Source: Chloroflexota bacterium (GTDB lineage: Bacteria; Chloroflexota; Dormibacteria; CF-121). Taken from it: 61,722 nt of DNA. This document shows, one piece after another, positions 56,086 through 61,722 of this stretch (position 1 is its first letter; the number at the start of each line of letters is the position of its first letter). The stretch spans positions 1 through 61,722 of the forward strand of contig VBHC01000123.1 in the NCBI GenBank assembly GCA_005889535.1, in the 5' to 3' direction. A program made the translations under genes and the position numbers. The notes under the pieces were generated by a model. That model was not told the DNA's origin. It did not search any database and saw only the letters and a program-made list of their open reading frames with translations.

Positions 56086-57834
56086 ATGGACAATCCGCTT
56101 TCGCTGCGGCACTTCTACTTTCGAAACAAGCGCAAGGTGCTGCCGGTCATCGGCATCCTGGCGCTGGCGATCCTGGGCGTGGTCGTCACCGATTCTCTGC
56201 TGGCGTCCGCCCGTGAGACTGCCTACGCCACCTACGGCAGCTATCAGAAGCTGATCCTGGTCGCCCCGCGGGCGACCCGTGACCAGGACCTGTCGAATCC
56301 GCTCCAGGAGTCGCTGACCCGGCTGCACGACGTGCAGCTCCAGGTTGATGCCCTCGACGGACCGGGCGGGCTCTCGTCTTACTATGCCGCGGTGACCGCG
56401 ATTCCCGCCCAAGTCCAGGCGCAGCTTCCTGCGATGCGGCAGCTCCAGATCGATGCCGCCAATGCCCGCTATTACGCCGCCCGGCTTCGCGGCGATCTCG
56501 TGCCGCTTGGCGACCTGATCGTTCGGGTGCAGCGCCTGCAGTCGGAGGAAAAGGCGTTCGAGCAGCTCGTGCAGCAACTCACCCAGAACCCTAACGACCC
56601 GCGGGCGCTCATCAGCTATCTCCAACAGCATCAGACCTTGCTCCGCACGGTGCTGCCCGACAGCGCCCAGCTCGGACGGCTGCAGGCCGCCGGCACCAGC
56701 GCGTCATCCGACGCCGCCGGGCTGCAGCAATCACTGCAGGCAATGAGTCACGATACCGCCAGTCTCAATGCCGCCGGTCGGAATGTGGCGGACCTTCCGG
56801 TCCCTCCATCGCCGAGCGCCACGATCGACCAGTTCAAGGTCGCACTCGACCGGCTGACGGCCAGCCTTGGCTCGTTCCAGTCGCCGCAGCCTGGCCTCGA
56901 CAAGTTGGTGGCTGGCAGCGCTCGGATCGCCGGCACTGCCTTCGTTAAACGGGACGCCTACTCGAACCTCGACATCAATATGCTGGCGGGCCAGGCGCAG
57001 TTCGATCTCTACGGAGTCGATCAGCCCGGCATGGCCCAGCTGCTGTCGTTGTACGGCGATCGCGTGATCCTGGGCCGGCTGCCCAGAGCGGACGGGAGTG
57101 AGATCGCGATTTCCGAAGAGATTGCACGCTCGCGCCAGGTCTGGATTGGCGGCAAGGTGGGCAACAACATCGATGAGCTCGACCGCCTGCCCGATGCCTT
57201 TACCGTGGTTGGGATCATCCGCGGTCCGACGCGCATCGGCGTCATCCCGCTCGATTACATGACCGAGCACTACCTCTTTGAACGCCGCTATCAGGGCCTG
57301 GTCGTCGTTCCGCAGCCCGGCCACGAGCAGGCGGTGCACGACCAGTTGCAGACACTGATTGGCGATAGCGCGTTTCGCCTCTTCGACTGGAGCTACATCA
57401 AGGGAAAGATCGACAGCCTGATCGCGAACCTCGACGTGATCAATCGCTTCCTGATCCTCCTGGTCACGATCGTGCTCGCACTGGTCGTCGGACTTCTGAA
57501 CAACCTCTTTTTCCGGCAGCGCATGAACGAGTTTGGCCTGCTGGCGGCGGTCGGGTACAGTCGGTGGGGCCTGATCCTGCGCGTCGCCTGGGAGTCGTTG
57601 GGGGTCACGCTGGCTTCGTGGCTGGTTGGCGTCGGTCTCGGGGTCGCGGTGCTGAGCTGGTTCAATACGAGTTTCATCGTGCCGCATGGCTTGCTGATGA
57701 ACGTCTTCGACTGGAACGTTCTCGCGCTTCATACGCTCCCGATCCCATTGATGGTCTTCCTGTTCGGGATGGGCACCGTCGGCTGGCAGCTGCTGCGGCT
57801 CGATCCGATTTCCATTATCGAGCGGAGAGACTAA
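56086..57834 (+). CDS. MacB/FtsX-like ABC permease with long helical extracellular insert
   Basis: N-terminal TM, GRLP..EI, R..EFGLL.AVG, three C-terminal TM. Confidence 0.8.
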   Translation: MDNPLSLRHFYFRNKRKVLPVIGILALAILGVVVTDSLLASARETAYATYGSYQKLILVAPRATRDQDLSNPLQESLTRLHDVQLQVDALDGPGGLSSYYAAVTAIPAQVQAQLPAMRQLQIDAANARYYAARLRGDLVPLGDLIVRVQRLQSEEKAFEQLVQQLTQNPNDPRALISYLQQHQTLLRTVLPDSAQLGRLQAAGTSASSDAAGLQQSLQAMSHDTASLNAAGRNVADLPVPPSPSATIDQFKVALDRLTASLGSFQSPQPGLDKLVAGSARIAGTAFVKRDAYSNLDINMLAGQAQFDLYGVDQPGMAQLLSLYGDRVILGRLPRADGSEIAISEEIARSRQVWIGGKVGNNIDELDRLPDAFTVVGIIRGPTRIGVIPLDYMTEHYLFERRYQGLVVVPQPGHEQAVHDQLQTLIGDSAFRLFDWSYIKGKIDSLIANLDVINRFLILLVTIVLALVVGLLNNLFFRQRMNEFGLLAAVGYSRWGLILRVAWESLGVTLASWLVGVGLGVAVLSWFNTSFIVPHGLLMNVFDWNVLALHTLPIPLMVFLFGMGTVGWQLLRLDPISIIERRD

Positions 57835-58493
57835 TGCTCAGAGGCCACGACCTTGCGCTCGATTACCGGACTGGCGGGAGCGTGGCACATGCCGTCGACA
57901 ACGTCAGCCTGGCTGTCGATCCGGGAAGTTTTGTGGGGCTGATCGGCCCCTCAGGTTCGGGGAAGAGTTCATTGATGTACCTGCTCTCCGGACTGAAACG
58001 CCCCACCCGGGGGAGCGTCGCGTTCGAGGGGCGTGACTATCGCGGCATCCCGGCCGGCGGCTTGATGCGGCTGAGGCGGCAACGATTTGGATTCGTCTTC
58101 CAGCAGCACTTCCTGATCAACTACTTGAGCGCGATGGAAAACGTGATGGTGGGCGCCGTCCGGCGCAATCATGAAATGGCAGGGTATGCGCAGGAGCTGC
58201 TGCGCCGGATCGGACTCGGGGACAAGCTCGAAAAGCGCCCCTATCAGCTCTCCATCGGCGAGCGCCAGCGGGTTGCGGTGGCGCGAGCGCTGGTACACCG
58301 ACCCACGGTGGTCTTCGCGGATGAGCCGACCGCCTCTTTGGACCAGACCACCGGTCGCGAGGTGATCAACCTGCTGGCCGACTACCGGGCACGCGGCGAG
58401 GGGAGCCTGGTCGTGGTCACCCACGACCCGGCGATGCTGACCGGAGCCGATCGGGTGCTCCAGATGCGGGACGGGAAGCTGAGCGCCGCCTGA
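57834..58493 (+). CDS. ABC transporter ATP-binding protein (LolD-like)
   Basis: GPSGSGKS, LSIGERQR, ADEPT, VTHD. Confidence 0.92.
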   Translation: MLRGHDLALDYRTGGSVAHAVDNVSLAVDPGSFVGLIGPSGSGKSSLMYLLSGLKRPTRGSVAFEGRDYRGIPAGGLMRLRRQRFGFVFQQHFLINYLSAMENVMVGAVRRNHEMAGYAQELLRRIGLGDKLEKRPYQLSIGERQRVAVARALVHRPTVVFADEPTASLDQTTGREVINLLADYRARGEGSLVVVTHDPAMLTGADRVLQMRDGKLSAA

Positions 58494-58494
58494 C

Positions 58495-59067
58495 TCAGGC
58501 CGGCACGCCGGCGAGGCCGAGCGCGGTGGCGCTGCCCTTCATGGCGTCGATCACGACCTGGATGTGCTCGTCCAGGTCGACGCCCAATTGCTCGGCGCCG
58601 GTGAAAATCTGCTCTCGGTGCACCGCCCGAGCGAAGGCTTTGTCCTTGAACTTCTTCTTCACCGAGGCGACGTCCACCTCGGCAACCGATTTGGTCGGCC
58701 GGACCAGCGCGACGGCGGCCACGAACCCGACCAGCTCGTCGACGGCGTAGAGGACCTTCTGCATCGGGGTGGTCCGCGGGGCGTTGGCGTAGTCGGCGTG
58801 GGAGAGGACGGCGTACCAGATCTCCTGCGGCCAGCCGCGCTCCTTCAGGATCTCGGCACCCTTGACGGCATGCTCGCCCACCTCCGGGTAGCGCTCGTAG
58901 TCGTAGTCGTGGAGGAGGCCGGCGACCCCCCAGACGTCCGGGTTGCCGCCGTACTTCCGAGCGTAGGCCCGCATGGCCGACTCAACGCCCAGGGCGTGCT
59001 TGACCAGGCTGGGGTTCTTGGTGAACTCGGTGAGCGTCGCCCAGGCATCCTCCCGGCTGCTCGGCAT
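58495..59067 (-). CDS. HD-domain phosphohydrolase
   Basis: H...V, GLLHD.DYE, H, DEL.GF.A.ALVRP. Confidence 0.88.
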   Translation of the reverse strand: MPSSREDAWATLTEFTKNPSLVKHALGVESAMRAYARKYGGNPDVWGVAGLLHDYDYERYPEVGEHAVKGAEILKERGWPQEIWYAVLSHADYANAPRTTPMQKVLYAVDELVGFVAAVALVRPTKSVAEVDVASVKKKFKDKAFARAVHREQIFTGAEQLGVDLDEHIQVVIDAMKGSATALGLAGVPA

Positions 59068-59086
59068 TGGTCGTCGAGTGTAACAG

Positions 59087-59128
59087 CCCCTAACACCCTC
59101 CCCCGCTCGCGTGGGAGGGCAGGGTGGG
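59087..59128. repeat. REP-like palindromic repeat
   Basis: ACCCTCCCCCGCTCGCGTGGGAGGGCAGGGTGGG. Confidence 0.55.
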
Positions 59129-59206
59129 TTGGGCGCCGGTAGGCACTTTGGGCTATTGACGGCCTGCCGCGGCCGCCCTACGCTCACGTCAGGAGGTTTG
59201 GTTTAC

Positions 59207-59347
59207 ATGGCACGCCACCTCCACCATTGGCTCGACATGGTGGAAGCGGTGCTGAGCATCGGGATTCTGCTGGGCATCGCCTGGCTCACCTGGCAGGCGC
59301 TGACCCAGGCGTACTCCCCGGTCTTCAACATCTTCAGCCGGTTCTAG
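59207..59347 (+). CDS. Small single-TM protein (46 aa)
   Basis: AGGAGG RBS; hydrophobic core. Confidence 0.6.
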   Translation: MARHLHHWLDMVEAVLSIGILLGIAWLTWQALTQAYSPVFNIFSRF

Positions 59348-59392
59348 TTCGCTGCGGGGGCTGACTCAACACCCCTACCTATAATCGTGCGC

Positions 59393-59464
59393 GGGGGTGT
59401 AGCTCAGTGGTAGAGCACCTGCCTTTTAAGCAGGGTGTCGAGAGTTCGATCCTCTCCGCCCCTA
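59393..59464 (+). tRNA. tRNA-Lys(TTT)
   Basis: GGGGGTG/CGCCCCT acceptor; CCTGC-CTTTTAA-GCAGG; GAGAG-TTCGATC-CTCTC; CCA not encoded. Confidence 0.95.
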
Positions 59465-59643
59465 CTTCATCGCCAGCCTTGAAGCGTGGCGTGAATGGAT
59501 AACCCATCCGATGCGCAGCTAGCGTGCCGTGCGCGGTTCCCTAAAGCATCAAGGCAATTCTTGCTTCGACGTTCCATTGTCGCCTGGCTGGATGACACTG
59601 GCGACCGTCATGCTAGCGTCCTCCCCGTCGGCCAGCCACCAGG

Positions 59644-60150
59644 TTACGGAGCAACGAGTATCAGTGACGACATTCGTGGGCAGCCCAACACAGGCTCTTT
59701 GAGGATGTCTTCCGGAGCCGTCACAGCGCCATCGAGATTCACGAACTCGCCGACGGTAGCCACCGGCTGGCCGTTCTGGCTATAGACGGTCAACGGATTA
59801 CCGTGCGCCGAATATCGGGGCGGCCACATCAGGGCAGGCTGGTAGCCTTCGTTACTAAGCCAAAAGCAGGCCGTGCCGTCAGCGTTGATTCGACCTGCGA
59901 GCAAACCAGTTACTCCCGTCAATGCGCGTCCTTCCGGTAAAGCGCCGGCCCCGGCGGGGGGAGACCAAGTGGCCACCTTGTAACTGGGGGTGGACGACCC
60001 GATCCGGAACCCGACGACACCGAATGAGACAAGCACTACAGCGGTTAGGAGCATGTAAGCGTGGCCAGGCTTTTCTTTGACAAGAGATCGAGCCAGAGTC
60101 ACAAGCCTCATAAAGGGTATGACGGACGCCGCGCGGCAACCCGACAGCAC
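59644..60150 (-). CDS. Exported hypothetical protein (Lys-array cassette 1)
   Basis: TM then G.L....C.WL....LMWP..Y; true start probably downstream of 60150. Confidence 0.6.
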   Translation of the reverse strand: MLSGCRAASVIPFMRLVTLARSLVKEKPGHAYMLLTAVVLVSFGVVGFRIGSSTPSYKVATWSPPAGAGALPEGRALTGVTGLLAGRINADGTACFWLSNEGYQPALMWPPRYSAHGNPLTVYSQNGQPVATVGEFVNLDGAVTAPEDILKEPVLGCPRMSSLILVAP

Positions 60151-60306
60151 ATTGAGACCAGCGGAACATACTTTGGCAGGGAGTAAGAGACTGGTGCGCT
60201 GAAGGCGCTAAATAGCCGGAATGGTCTCCTCTTTGTCCATGGCGTCGGAGACTTCGGCGGCGCTGCTAGCTCCTAGAAAGCCGTTCTTGAGCGTGCCATT
60301 CCCCTG

Positions 60307-60440
60307 CACCATAACTGCGCCAGCGTCGCTTGACCTCCCAAACTCGGAGCTACAGCGCACAAGCGCGCCTGGCTTTTAAGCTGGGTGTCGAGAGTTCGAT
60401 CCTCTCCGCCCCTATGTCGGATACATTCGCACACCCTAAC
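60307..60440 (+). repeat. tRNA-Lys 3'-half repeat with conserved arms, copy 1
   Basis: 66-nt arm + CTTTTAAG...CGCCCCTA (60373-60414) + ATACA..GCACA.C..AAC. Confidence 0.9.
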
Positions 60441-60514
60441 GGCAACCGGCCTGAGCTACGAGGTCGACTCACATCCCAACTCGTCCCCTTTGGCCTTGCT
60501 CGGGCAGGAAGGAC

Positions 60515-61162
60515 GTGAACTCGTATCCGTTGAAGAGTTCGATGTCTATTCTGAGCCGCCGCCGAGGGGTGAACGTCCTCTCCGCGTTTGCCGTCGCAGT
60601 AGCAGCGATATTGATTGGATGGGCGGCCCTAGCTTGGCTGATGCCGGCCAATAGCCGGAAGGCTGACCGGCAATCCACGTGTACCCTTCCGACAGGTTCG
60701 GTCACCTACCAGGAGCTGCAATGCCATCCCGAGGCGAACTTGATCTACCCCGGAAGCACGGTTTTCCAGGGGATTGGTGCTTCGCAGACCAACACTTTCG
60801 ACGGTATCAATCCGGCCTTTAGCGGGGCCATTTTGATCTCGTCGGATCCGGTAACTAAAATCTATGCTTGGTACGACTCTTGGCTAAAGCAGCATGAGTG
60901 GTACCGCTCGCCCCTACTCGGAGCCGGTTATGTTTCGTCGCACGGCTATGCACGCGTTGGTGGGCGAGAAGCCTTCGACGTGGATATCGATAATCCGGCT
61001 CAACTTAGCGCTACGCTCGGAAAAAAGGTTCCTGCGGGTGGCACGATTTTCGAGGTCGTCTACCTCGTCTTCCCGTATACAGCCGGGGCGAAGTCGGCCC
61101 CATCTTGCGCATCAACTCCACCACCCACCGGACCACTGGACTCTTTCTATTGCAATCCGTGA
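60515..61162 (+). CDS. Exported hypothetical protein (Lys-array cassette 2)
   Basis: N-terminal TM; YPGS...WYD..L...W; appears lower in GC than flanks. Confidence 0.65.
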   Translation: MNSYPLKSSMSILSRRRGVNVLSAFAVAVAAILIGWAALAWLMPANSRKADRQSTCTLPTGSVTYQELQCHPEANLIYPGSTVFQGIGASQTNTFDGINPAFSGAILISSDPVTKIYAWYDSWLKQHEWYRSPLLGAGYVSSHGYARVGGREAFDVDIDNPAQLSATLGKKVPAGGTIFEVVYLVFPYTAGAKSAPSCASTPPPTGPLDSFYCNP

Positions 61163-61402
61163 TCCCATTGGTCTTTTAACTCAGCAAACTTGACGCTGGA
61201 TCATCGTGGCGAACCGTAATGGCCGTACCTTGGGTCTACGAAGGGTGGAGAGGGCACTGCGTAAGCCAGGGGATGCCGTGGCACAGGCCAATGCTGAGCC
61301 TCCGCCCCAGAGATGGGATCCAGCCGCGCAGGTAAAACGGGTAACCGGAGCCTAACGGCTTATGTTTCGTCTCGCTCGGCTCGAACCAGGGACCATTTCG
61401 CA

Positions 61403-61536
61403 CACCATAACTTCGCCGGTTTCGCTTGGCCGCGGCAACTCGAGGCTACAGCGCTCAAGCCCTGCTACCTTTTAAGCAGGGTGTCGAGAGTTCGATCCTC
61501 TCCGCCCCTAATCCAAATACAAAGGCACAGCCCAAC
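61403..61536 (+). repeat. tRNA-Lys 3'-half repeat with conserved arms, copy 2
   Basis: Same architecture; core 61469-61510 identical to the tRNA 3' half. Confidence 0.9.
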
Positions 61537-61567
61537 TAATTTCCTGCCCGTACAGCGCTTGAGGGAA

Positions 61568-61722
61568 TTACTCGGCACCCATCGCCCGAGGATTACCAAC
61601 CCGCGTGGTGTTGGCTGTTGGCGCGGTTGACACGGAGATGACGACCTTTCCTCGAGCGCGCCCGGTTTCGAGATAGCGGATCGCGTCTGCGGCTTCGCTC
61701 AGCGGATACGTCCGGTCAATGA
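61568..61722 (-). CDS. C-terminus of MDR-family (quinone oxidoreductase/ADH-like) enzyme; partial
   Basis: My translation: IDRTYPLSEAADAIRYLETGRARGKVVI. Confidence 0.75.
   Translation of the reverse strand, partial: IDRTYPLSEAADAIRYLETGRARGKVVISVSTAPTANTTRVGNPRAMGAE

Noticed and set aside
60373-61510. Additional tRNA-Lys genes
   Set aside because: Only the 3' half is present; no D-arm or 5' acceptor strand
60330-61630. ORFs 60330-60518, 60385-60654 and 61313-61630
   Set aside because: Incidental translations across the tRNA-derived repeats

Overview
High-GC soil-bacterium chromosome segment. Gene content suggests Ca. Dormibacterota or a Chloroflexota/Actinomycetota-like monoderm (inference). 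1-24.5 kb is a cell-wall/dormancy-type region (GH18, C39 peptidase, class A PBP, CsbD, two YtxH, FtsH, OtsA, tandem DUF3048, GH38). It is laced with five HspR-like MerR paralogues and stand-alone receiver proteins, with no chaperone genes or histidine kinase in the window. tRNA-Glu(CTC) at 24.5 kb and tRNA-Lys(TTT) at 59.4 kb are each followed by tandem 0.3-1.1 kb single-gene cassettes. These cassettes are bounded by repeats made of the tRNA 3' end plus conserved arms, and no integrase is visible. One cassette encodes a probable DsrE-family selenoprotein (UxxC plus SECIS-like hairpin). Also present: VapBC, a GHKL ATPase, decayed Hint-domain/CopD/GNAT genes, a cobalamin riboswitch heading an ECF operon with two putative sortase-anchored proteins, a SigR/RsrA-like pair with a CcdA-thioredoxin fusion, and housekeeping enzymes. 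Family calls come from motif recognition only; no searches were run.
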